Part shown: piece after piece, positions 34,205 through 42,466 of the stretch
Position numbering within the stretch: position 1 is the stretch's first letter
Layout: each line of letters opens with the position of its first letter
Assembly (NCBI GenBank): GCA_044351695.1
Contig: JBILFF010000001.1
Coordinates: 66,722-130,721 of the forward strand
DNA: 64,000 nt
Direction of reading: 5' to 3'
DNA from: Bdellovibrionota bacterium
Lineage (GTDB): Bacteria > Bdellovibrionota > UBA2394
Notes under the pieces: model-generated
Told to the model about the DNA's origin: nothing
The model's input: only the letters and a program-made list of their open reading frames with translations
The model's database searches: none
Made by a program: the position numbers and the translations under genes

Positions 34205-34446
34205 TGAAAGTAAGAATTTCAACACCCGAGCAGGTTGTCTATGCGGGTGAAGCGGATTCTTTAGTGATCGAGGGAGATCAAGGACAGCTCGAGATTCTCC
34301 CTCAGCACGCTCGACTAGTCACTTTTGTGAGGGCAGGTTTGGCGCGGGTTCGCAAGGGCACTCAAGTTCAAGAGTTTAATTTGAACGAGGGAGTGATGAG
34401 GATTCAGAATGATGAAATCAGCATTCTCTCCTCAAGGCTTGCTTAA
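34204..34446 (+). CDS. atpC: ATP synthase F1 epsilon subunit, beta-sandwich domain only, 80 aa
   Basis: Matches the N-terminal domain of epsilon. There is no C-terminal two-helix domain. The stop abuts a convergent gene. Confidence 0.8.
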
Positions 34447-35036
34447 GATTTAGGGCTTTCTTTAGCAGAGAGCTTGATTTGAAGTTTGCCGCGCTCGTCT
34501 TTGCCGAGTTTTAGGGCCAGACCCTTTCCGGGGTGTTTTTCTTTAAAATGAAGGATTTGCTTTTCGAGCTTAAGTTCAAATGAAGCCCGGTCGGGTAGCT
34601 TTGCGGTTGGCCCCGAGCTTTCGGCCAACTTTTTATAGAGAGCATCGATAGCCTTTTTTTCTTTGGGCGAAATTTTGAGCTCGTTTGCTGGGGCGGATGA
34701 GGACTGGGTTTGCCGCGGAGCCGCTCTTTCTCGCTCGTGTACTTTCGCAATAAACTTATCGCGCCTATAAACTCCCTCCTCGATTTGCTGACAAATCTTT
34801 GCCCAGTGAACATGAAGTTGATTGTATCGAGCCTTCAAATTGACGAAGCGGAACTTTTGAGAAGTGGAGTTCATGTCCGCAGGATTGACTCCCAGAAGTT
34901 GGCGTCGCCAATCCGTATGCTGATCTCGAGGTTCAATGCGGGCTTGACCCGAGAAGTAGAGTTCATAAGCGTGCTTAAGATCTTCAAGACCAGATTCAAG
35001 CGATTGAAGCTTCGCGTCTGTCGCGACTGCACTCAT
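34443..35036 (-). CDS. Conserved hypothetical cytoplasmic protein, 197 aa
   Basis: Long ORF with a good coding look. No family recognised. Lys-rich C-terminus. Confidence 0.5.
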   Translation of the reverse strand: MSAVATDAKLQSLESGLEDLKHAYELYFSGQARIEPRDQHTDWRRQLLGVNPADMNSTSQKFRFVNLKARYNQLHVHWAKICQQIEEGVYRRDKFIAKVHERERAAPRQTQSSSAPANELKISPKEKKAIDALYKKLAESSGPTAKLPDRASFELKLEKQILHFKEKHPGKGLALKLGKDERGKLQIKLSAKESPKS

Positions 35037-35197
35037 GAGTGGGCCCTCACCTCTCTATTGTACTCCGAGTGACCTGGGGCGCGAGTGTCGCGAGGTGTGC
35101 GGGCCCTGCGGCCCTAGCCTCCCGGAATCCTTGTGGTTTCGCGCCCCCCCGGGATCGCATAGAAATTGCAAATCTGAAGGGCTGGGGAGGATTCTAG

Positions 35198-36712
35198 TTG
35201 GTGGGCCGAATATTTCGCGGGCTTCTTTTTTTTCTAGCGAGCCTTGTGATGGTGGAATTTGGAGAGGGCCTGAGGGCTTCGGCCAGACACGCACTCCTTT
35301 TTTCTCCTTCGGGTCAGCGGATTAACGAATCGCCAGCGCCAGCCAATTCGCGCGCTATTTTTCATCGATTGAGTACTGCGTGCGACTTGGATCCACAAAG
35401 AATCTGCATTAACTATCAGTTACAACTCCCCTCAAACATTCAAGAGGTTGAGGTTCTTACTCAGGCCGCAAGCAGCGTCCAGCTATGGACCACATCATCT
35501 GGAGCTCATTTGGGATCGCAGTATCAAGGCTTGTTTGCCGGCTCGGGCCTTCCTTTTGAACGAGACGGGGCTGGGTCTATTTTGCTGGACGAGTTTGGAA
35601 ATCAAAAACTTTCGGGTCCTATTCTGATCTCACTCGCACCGCCACCAGAACTGATTGAGGATTTTGCTGCAAACGAAGTGGCTCGAAACATCTACTACGT
35701 TCTGCCGGATCTCCAAAATTCTCAAGGGGAGCTGCTGTGGGCAGGAATTTACATTAATCCAAAGTTTAATCCCTTGATGGATTGCCAAGCGCCGGCCGCC
35801 AGCTGCTTTTCTATGACGGGCTTTGGTAGCTTTTCTTTGCGGTCTATCATCATTTATCAGTTGGGCTTAATCTTGGGAATCGCAGCTTCCGCTCTTCCAG
35901 ACTCTGTCATGTTTCCAGTGCAAAATCCGAGCTGGCCCAAGAACTACTCTAATCTCAGAGAGCATGAAAAAAATCTCGTGAGAAAGATTTATCAGGGCCC
36001 AGAACCAGAAGATCTCGGAAGCTTGAGGGGCCGGGTCACAAGCGGCGATGGGGGCGCGGGGCGCCCCGGGGCCAGCGTTTTTGCGTTGGCCGCAGATCGG
36101 ATGGATGCCGTGATTCGCACCCAAAGCTTAGATTTGTTTTCAGCATCTACGACGACCAGGCAAGGTGGCGAGTTCGTCTTTGAGGCGCTGATTCCTGGAG
36201 AGTATCTCATTTTTGTAGAATCTCCATTGGCACGGGGGCTTTCAAAAAATAAATTTGATGAATGGGTGAAGCGGTTTGGCGCGGATGAGTATTTTGCGCC
36301 CGAGCTCTATGATGGTCGAGATCGAGAGTCAAACAATGAGCCCGCAGATTTTTCTCCGCAGCTTTTTCGCGTGGCCGCGCGGGTCGTGGTGACAGCCGGA
36401 GAAGAGACCTCGGGTGTTCATGTCATTACCCAGCGAAGTCAATCTGGGTCGGCTCAATTAGTGGCCGGAGGCTCCACCAACGAAATTCTTTCGGATTACG
36501 AATTCAAAGACTTGAAGAATTTGATTCGGGATGAAATTCGATCTCAGCTCGATCGGCCCGAGAAGGCCAAGGGATCCTCAGGTTGTGCCGTCGGCACGCG
36601 GCCAGAAAAGTCTGGCTGGGGTTTTATTTTTGTTTTTTGGATTGCACTATGCCTGTGGTTTCGATTCCGATGGGGTCAGAAAGCAAAATTACACCCTGCT
36701 GGATGCCGGTGA
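35198..36712 (+). CDS. Secreted protein carrying a degenerate (catalytically dead) metzincin-like motif, a CarboxypepD_reg-like beta-sandwich, and a C-terminal TM plus basic tail
   Basis: Signal peptide. IIYQLGLILGI…SVMFP resembles HExxHxxGxxH plus Met-turn with all His/Glu replaced. …GRVTSGDG…GASVFALAADRMD…GEFVFEALIPGEYLIFVESPLARG is CarbopepD_reg-like. Ends …GSSGCAVGTRPEKSGWGFIFVFWIALCLWFRFRWGQK. Confidence 0.55.
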   Translation: MVGRIFRGLLFFLASLVMVEFGEGLRASARHALLFSPSGQRINESPAPANSRAIFHRLSTACDLDPQRICINYQLQLPSNIQEVEVLTQAASSVQLWTTSSGAHLGSQYQGLFAGSGLPFERDGAGSILLDEFGNQKLSGPILISLAPPPELIEDFAANEVARNIYYVLPDLQNSQGELLWAGIYINPKFNPLMDCQAPAASCFSMTGFGSFSLRSIIIYQLGLILGIAASALPDSVMFPVQNPSWPKNYSNLREHEKNLVRKIYQGPEPEDLGSLRGRVTSGDGGAGRPGASVFALAADRMDAVIRTQSLDLFSASTTTRQGGEFVFEALIPGEYLIFVESPLARGLSKNKFDEWVKRFGADEYFAPELYDGRDRESNNEPADFSPQLFRVAARVVVTAGEETSGVHVITQRSQSGSAQLVAGGSTNEILSDYEFKDLKNLIRDEIRSQLDRPEKAKGSSGCAVGTRPEKSGWGFIFVFWIALCLWFRFRWGQKAKLHPAGCR

Positions 36713-37907
36713 TTCTTTGGATGCTTTCGATTTTGCGGTGGCCGGAACTGTCTCGGCTTAACTGAACAAGAATGTCTAAAGCGCTGGCGATTTGAGATCG
36801 AATATAGGCAGGATCCACAGACCAGCCCGATCCCAACACGAGAGTTTCAACGCGGGTAATAGCATCTCGGGGGCTGTTCGCATGAATTGTGGTGATGCAG
36901 CCCGAATGCCCGGTGTTGATACACTGAAGAAAATCCTGCGCTTCATCGCCACGAATCTCGCTGACGATGAGGCGATTGGGGCGAAACCGAAGACTTTCTC
37001 GGATTCCTTCTTTCAGGCCTCCGCGGCCTGTTTCAACGAGGATGGCGTGAGGATGCGGCCAGGTCGTTTCGGCCTCTTCTTCAAGAATAACGAGCCGCTC
37101 TTCTGAGGGAACGGATTCGACAAGACTTCTCATGAGCACTGTTTTTCCGGTAGAGGTCGGGCCGCTGATCAGAATACTTTCTCGTCTTTCGATAACATCT
37201 TTTAGAAATTGGATCTGCTCTTCGCTTCCAAATTTTCTTGCTAAAAGTTCGTTCAAACTAAAAACATGCGGGCGTCCTTTGCGAATACAAATGTGCGGGC
37301 TTTCGACCAGAGGCGGTAGCGCAGCGTGAATGCGTAAGTGTTTTTTGAGGCGCCATGAGGCCCAGCCAGATGATTTTTGAGAGCCAGCCTGGATGAGCTG
37401 AGCGACAAAGTCATCGCTCGAAAAGCGCCAGGGCGAAGCATGGAGGCTTCCTTGATAGTCCACGTAAATGCGGCCTGAGCCGTTGATCATGACCTCATCA
37501 AATTGATCTTCTTCAACTAAATAATTCCACAGCGCTTCATCGCCTGCCGGCTGCGGTCGAAATGGAAATTTTGGTTTTGCCCGAGGAGCGGCCTCATAAG
37601 AAAAGCGAAGCCGGTGTTGGTCTAAAAGAATCTCATCACCCGATTGAAGAGGATGTTGATGAGAGATCAAGAGACCATTCTGCCGAACGAGAGAAGACTG
37701 AGAGCTGTTGATGAGCCACCATTGACCCTCTTCAAACCGTATCTCTACCGAAAAGTTTTTGGAGCTGAGGGTCAGATCAATATCATTAAGGGTGCTCGTG
37801 CCGATTTTGACGCTCTTTGAGCTGATTCGAACACTGCGGAGATTTTTTTTGTTTCCCGCGATCTTTTCTTCGATCTCTAAGTGGATGGGTGGAATATAGC
37901 TCGACAT
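36624..37907 (-). CDS. FHA-domain fused to a TadA/CpaF/VirB11-family secretion ATPase
   Basis: N-terminal FHA (…VKIGTS…NGLLISHQ…GDEILLDQHRLRF). ATPase Walker A GPTSTGKT, Walker B/Asp box RLIVSEIRGDEA, His box TGHSGCITTIHANS. Confidence 0.8.
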   Translation of the reverse strand: MSSYIPPIHLEIEEKIAGNKKNLRSVRISSKSVKIGTSTLNDIDLTLSSKNFSVEIRFEEGQWWLINSSQSSLVRQNGLLISHQHPLQSGDEILLDQHRLRFSYEAAPRAKPKFPFRPQPAGDEALWNYLVEEDQFDEVMINGSGRIYVDYQGSLHASPWRFSSDDFVAQLIQAGSQKSSGWASWRLKKHLRIHAALPPLVESPHICIRKGRPHVFSLNELLARKFGSEEQIQFLKDVIERRESILISGPTSTGKTVLMRSLVESVPSEERLVILEEEAETTWPHPHAILVETGRGGLKEGIRESLRFRPNRLIVSEIRGDEAQDFLQCINTGHSGCITTIHANSPRDAITRVETLVLGSGWSVDPAYIRSQIASALDILVQLSRDSSGHRKIESIQRITGIQQGVILLSDPIGIETTGIVQSKKQK

Positions 37908-37916
37908 TTCATAGAC

Positions 37917-38171
37917 CTATCGAAAGTCGGCCGTTTGCTCATCTCGTTGCTCTTCGGAGAGCGGCGTCCCGCCACTGCGCAGATACTCCTCGTAGTCAAA
38001 TTTGCCGCCGCTTTGGCAGTCGGGGGTAAAGGCAGCCTCATTGACCGGCCGATCGGTAACATCATTTGCATCGAGGACACACAGATTTTCGGTCCCACAG
38101 GCGCTCAAAACCCCTAAAAGCATTAGAAAACTGAAGAGCTTCCAATATTGCATGCCGGAACTTAGTAGCAA
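37917..38171 (-). CDS. Small Cys-containing lipoprotein (84 aa), probably co-transcribed with the FHA-ATPase
   Basis: Signal peptide with lipobox LSAC. Ends 10 nt upstream of the ATPase start. Four Cys. Confidence 0.5.
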   Translation of the reverse strand: MLLSSGMQYWKLFSFLMLLGVLSACGTENLCVLDANDVTDRPVNEAAFTPDCQSGGKFDYEEYLRSGGTPLSEEQRDEQTADFR

Positions 38172-38278
38172 TTCCGATGCCTGCTTTTGTTGCGTATCTT
38201 TGGGGGCTTAGCGGCATTTATGCAACTTCTGCGGGGATTCCTGACTTTAGGTCAAAGCCTCGATAGGATAGAAATACA

Positions 38279-39142
38279 GTGTTAGGTGCTTTGGTGAATT
38301 TTTCTTCGAGGTCCGGAGGAGCGTTTAGAGATCCAGTTTGGCTGGGGGCCTGGCTTATGGTTTCGCTTCTCATTCATGCCATGATCATGAGTTTTGTGGT
38401 TTTTTGGGCGCCTCAGATGGGCGGCACGAAGAGCCATGTGAGTTCGCCGATTCCGGTAGAGATTGTTCAGCGACCTAGCGAGCTCATCAAGACCCTACAG
38501 CCCGAAGCCACCGAGAAGCCCGATGATGCCAATTTTGTGAGTGATCGGGATTTGAAAGCAGATGAAGAAACAAGCCCAGAACTGGCCGCTCTCGATATGC
38601 CGAGCGCGGGCACGGCAGGAGCCGCTAAGGGGCGATCTGTACGTGAATCAAAGCCCAAGACCCGCGAGAGCTTTGGTTTGAGCTCCGCTGATAAAGAAGC
38701 GCTCGAAGATCCACTGCAGGGCGGGCAAGCGAGAGAGTTTCGTCAGTTTTCTCCGGGCTTTCAAAAGCGTCTCAAGCGAGGTGAGCAACTGAAGGTCAAC
38801 GCCTTTGGCCTTGATTACGGCCAGTATTATTTACGCATGAAAGAGAGGCTCGCGCAGCGCTGGAGGCCGCTTTCAGTGATCAGTCCGGCCATGTACAATT
38901 ACGATGAAGTTCAGGTTCTAGTGGCGATTGTTTTAAACTCAGCGGGTGAGCTGGTGGACCTCGAAATTCTTCGACCCTCTTTCTTTTCGCGCTACGATCA
39001 GGTGGCGATCGATGCCATAAAGGCAGCCGCTCCATTTCCGAATCCACCCAAGTCGATCATTCAGGACGACGGACGAGTCTATGTGACCTGGGGATTTGTT
39101 TTAAACATTGGCCGTTCAGGACTTCAGCGCGGGATCCAGTGA
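38279..39142 (+). CDS. TonB C-terminal-domain protein (TonB-family energy transducer-like)
   Basis: N-terminal TM anchor, charged linker, C-terminal TonB_C-like domain (…VLVAIVLNSAGELVDLEILRPS…AIDAIKAAAPFPNPP…). Confidence 0.6.
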   Translation: MLGALVNFSSRSGGAFRDPVWLGAWLMVSLLIHAMIMSFVVFWAPQMGGTKSHVSSPIPVEIVQRPSELIKTLQPEATEKPDDANFVSDRDLKADEETSPELAALDMPSAGTAGAAKGRSVRESKPKTRESFGLSSADKEALEDPLQGGQAREFRQFSPGFQKRLKRGEQLKVNAFGLDYGQYYLRMKERLAQRWRPLSVISPAMYNYDEVQVLVAIVLNSAGELVDLEILRPSFFSRYDQVAIDAIKAAAPFPNPPKSIIQDDGRVYVTWGFVLNIGRSGLQRGIQ

Positions 39143-40666
39143 TCACAACCATCTGAGGCGCGCTTGTTTTTGAGCGCGCAACTCATCGACACGACGACGA
39201 AAAGTTCGCGTCGGAGCGTGAGCCACGAGTTCGCGATCCGTCTTTACCTCGTTGGCGATTTGAATCATGGCATCACAAAACTCGTCTAGGGCTTCTTTCG
39301 TTTCACTCTCTGTGGGCTCGATAAGCATCGCTCCAGAGACCACCAGCGGAAAGTAAACCGTCATCGGATGATAGCCGTAGTCCATCAGGCGCTTAGCAAT
39401 ATCGAGCGTCTTGATGCCGTACTCTTCTTGAAATCGGTCTGAGATGAGGCACTCGTGCATACAAATTCTTTTAAATGGAATGTCGTAATGATCCTGTAGT
39501 CGAACTCGAATATAATTTGCATTCAGCACAGCTGCTTCGGCTATCTTTCGAAGATAACTCGACTCTCCATCTTCAGTGGTTCCGATCGACAGCATATAGG
39601 TGAGCGCTCGAATATGAATGGCAAAATTACCAAAGTAGCCGCCAATTCGCCCGATGCTATACGGAGCATGATAGTCATATCGAAAGCTTGAACCCTCTCT
39701 GACCACTCGGGGGTTCGGCAAAAACTCTCGAAGATGTTCTCGAACCGCCACTGCGCCCGCGCCAGGACCACCACCTCCGTGGGGGGTTGAGAATGTTTTG
39801 TGTAGGTTGATGTGCATGACATCGACGCCCAAATCTCCCGGTCGAACGATTCCTAAGATCGCGTTAAAGTTTGCCCCGTCCATATAAAAGACGCCGTCAA
39901 CGGCATGAATCAGTTCGGCAATTTCATGAATATGATCTTCAAACAGCCCCAAGGTGTTTGGGTTGGTCATCATGATGCCGGCAACAGACTCATCAATCAG
40001 CGGCTTGATGTCGGCAATCTCAACAACACCCTTAGGATTTGTGGGAATAGAAACAATCTCATATCCCACCATGCTACAGGTAGCGGGGTTCGTGCCATGC
40101 GCTGACTCAGGAATCAGCACTTTTGTTTTTCTGTGATCTTGATTCTTCTTTCGATGATAGGCCTGAATAATTTTGATGCCCGCGTATTCCCCGTGAGCCC
40201 CTGCACTTGGCTGAAGCGTGACTCCGGGTAGGCCGGTGACTCGTGCTAAAAGATCTTCAAGCTCATGCTGAATTTTCATGCCCACTTGCAAAAAACTCTC
40301 ATCCCAAAAGGGGTGCAGCTCAGCAAGCGCGGGCAAGCGCGCAATCTCTTCGTTGATTTTAGGATTATACTTCATGGTGCAGCTGCCGAGAGGATAGAGT
40401 CCCAAATCAATCGCGTAATTTTTTTGCGAAAGGCGGGTGTAGTGTCGGACTACTTCATTTTCGCTGATCTCTGGAAAGCCTGCGACTTCGCTTCTCACTA
40501 AAGAAGCCTTCCATTGCTTGCTGGCCTCTGCTTGCGGAACATCTAGCGGTGCAAAGCTAAATCCTCGTCTGCCCGTCACGCTTTTGTCAAAGAGGGTAGG
40601 CTCTTCGAAGGTGGTAACCTGACCAAGCCTTGGATGACTTTCGAGTTTAGGATTGTCTTTTGTCAT
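39143..40666 (-). CDS. gcvPB: Glycine dehydrogenase (decarboxylating) subunit 2. Start taken as the Met overlapping the gcvPA stop
   Basis: PLP-dependent GcvP C-terminal half (…NLHKTFSTPHGGGGPG…). Confidence 0.9.
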   Translation of the reverse strand: MTKDNPKLESHPRLGQVTTFEEPTLFDKSVTGRRGFSFAPLDVPQAEASKQWKASLVRSEVAGFPEISENEVVRHYTRLSQKNYAIDLGLYPLGSCTMKYNPKINEEIARLPALAELHPFWDESFLQVGMKIQHELEDLLARVTGLPGVTLQPSAGAHGEYAGIKIIQAYHRKKNQDHRKTKVLIPESAHGTNPATCSMVGYEIVSIPTNPKGVVEIADIKPLIDESVAGIMMTNPNTLGLFEDHIHEIAELIHAVDGVFYMDGANFNAILGIVRPGDLGVDVMHINLHKTFSTPHGGGGPGAGAVAVREHLREFLPNPRVVREGSSFRYDYHAPYSIGRIGGYFGNFAIHIRALTYMLSIGTTEDGESSYLRKIAEAAVLNANYIRVRLQDHYDIPFKRICMHECLISDRFQEEYGIKTLDIAKRLMDYGYHPMTVYFPLVVSGAMLIEPTESETKEALDEFCDAMIQIANEVKTDRELVAHAPTRTFRRRVDELRAQKQARLRWL

Positions 40667-42000
40667 TTGGACATCGCCCCCACGAAGGCGGCCATTTTTT
40701 GAATGTCCTCTTTGCTGTGCATCTCGCTCACGTGAATCAATAGTCGATGTTTCCATGAATCCTTAAACCTCCCGAGGTCAACGCCCACCACCCACGACTC
40801 TTCGGCGGCTTTTCGAACGACTTGTGCCGCGGGGATGGAGAGCTCGCATGTGAACTCATTAAAAGTGGGGCCCTCAAGAACACCAACGCCCGCTTTCTTA
40901 AGAGTGGACTTGGCAAACTCCGCTTTCGAAAAATTAATTTGTGCCAACTCGCGCATGCCCACTTTGCCCAAGCTTGCTAAATGAAACAATCCAGCCAGCA
41001 TGTTGAGATTGTTATTGGTACAAATGTTAGAGGTTGCTCGTCCCCGACGAATAAACTGCTCGCGGGTGGCGAAGGTGAGCGTGTAGCTGCGGCGGCCCTC
41101 TTCATCTAAGGTTTCACCCACCAATCGGCCCGGCAGGTTTCTCAGATATTCGTTTCTCGTGCAAAAAATTCCAAAACTAGATCCGCCCAAGTAGGGGCCG
41201 TTACCAAAAGAGGAGCCCTCACCCGTCACAATATGAGCACCAAAAGCTCCAGGCCCTCGGAGCAGTCCCCAAACCAAGGGCTCCATGGTGGAGCTAATCC
41301 AAAAAGCCCCGCGCTCTTTGACGATGCGACCAATCTCTTCATCGTCTTCAATGAGACCAAAAACATTCGGGCTTTGCGTGATAAGAATATCACCCTCTTC
41401 TAAGCGGCCCCGCAAGTCCTTCGCATCGATTCGACCCGAGCTTGAGGCAAAATCTGCAAGCCTTTCTTTAAAGGGATCGGAGTAAGATCGAACCACCTCT
41501 TGATAGTTGGGGTGTACATTGTCGGGCATCCAGATCTTGCTCGTTGTTTTCTTTTGAATTCTCACAGCCATCAGCACGGCCTCGCCGAGCGAGGTGGCGC
41601 CGTCGTAGAGCGAAGCATTTGAAAGCTCTGTCTCGGTGAGCTGACACGCCAGCGTTTGATACTCAAAAATACACTGAAGGGTGCCTTGAGAAATCTCGGG
41701 CTGGTAGGGCGTATAAGAGGTGGCGAACTCTGATCGCATCTGAAGAGTCGGAACAATGCTCGGCACGTCGTGTTGATAAATTCCGCAGCCCGCAAAACTG
41801 ATCGTGGGACGGGGGTGTGCTGCGAGCAGCTCTTTAAACTTCTTTCGCAACTCAAACTCAGAGTGTGCACGGGGATAATCGATTTTTTTGGGAAGCCGAT
41901 GCTGTTTGGGAATGGCCTCAAAGAGCTCGTCGACGGACTGCACACCGACCTTGGACAGCAGAGCTGTCTGATCGCTTGAGGACTGCGGAATGTACTTCAT
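40663..42000 (-). CDS. gcvPA: Glycine dehydrogenase (decarboxylating) subunit 1
   Basis: GcvP N-terminal half. Operon position. Confidence 0.9.
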   Translation of the reverse strand: MKYIPQSSSDQTALLSKVGVQSVDELFEAIPKQHRLPKKIDYPRAHSEFELRKKFKELLAAHPRPTISFAGCGIYQHDVPSIVPTLQMRSEFATSYTPYQPEISQGTLQCIFEYQTLACQLTETELSNASLYDGATSLGEAVLMAVRIQKKTTSKIWMPDNVHPNYQEVVRSYSDPFKERLADFASSSGRIDAKDLRGRLEEGDILITQSPNVFGLIEDDEEIGRIVKERGAFWISSTMEPLVWGLLRGPGAFGAHIVTGEGSSFGNGPYLGGSSFGIFCTRNEYLRNLPGRLVGETLDEEGRRSYTLTFATREQFIRRGRATSNICTNNNLNMLAGLFHLASLGKVGMRELAQINFSKAEFAKSTLKKAGVGVLEGPTFNEFTCELSIPAAQVVRKAAEESWVVGVDLGRFKDSWKHRLLIHVSEMHSKEDIQKMAAFVGAMSK

Positions 42001-42032
42001 AAAACCTTCCCCGGGACGGGGCTCGGATTCTA

Positions 42033-42455
42033 TTACTTTTTCTTGGCGAGCTTTGAAACCAGCTTCAAATACTCAGCGGCAGGAAGAAGCTCTTCCAACT
42101 GCTTTTCATCTTCAATTTCTAACTTCACCATCCAGCCACGATTGTAAGGATCTTCATTCACCAATTCTGCATTGTTAGGCAGATCAGAATTGATTTCTAA
42201 AACCTCACCCGCAACTGGAGCGTAAAGCTCAGCCACTGTCTTTAGCGAATCAACCGTCCCAAAAACTTTTTCTTTTCCAAAGGCAGCCCCCTCTTCTGGA
42301 AGCTCTACGTAGGTAATGTCACCAAGTTGGTTTTGTGCATAGTCTGTAATTCCAACGACGATAGAGCCGTCTTCAACACGCACCCACTCATGATTTTTAG
42401 TGTAGAGAAGATCTTGGGGAACGTTAAAACCGGGTTCAGCTTTCTCAAGTGCCAT
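42033..42455 (-). CDS. gcvH: Glycine cleavage system H protein
   Basis: Lipoyl-lysine motif …SLKTVAELYAPV… (ESVKAASD-like). Confidence 0.9.
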   Translation of the reverse strand: MALEKAEPGFNVPQDLLYTKNHEWVRVEDGSIVVGITDYAQNQLGDITYVELPEEGAAFGKEKVFGTVDSLKTVAELYAPVAGEVLEINSDLPNNAELVNEDPYNRGWMVKLEIEDEKQLEELLPAAEYLKLVSKLAKKK

Positions 42456-42466
42456 TTTTTTCTTCC

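Noticed and set aside
35037-35197. Sigma-54 (-24/-12) promoter in the GC-rich divergent leader
   Set aside because: The TTGCA element has no GG at the required spacing (GG-N10-GC). Only generic short hairpins are present.
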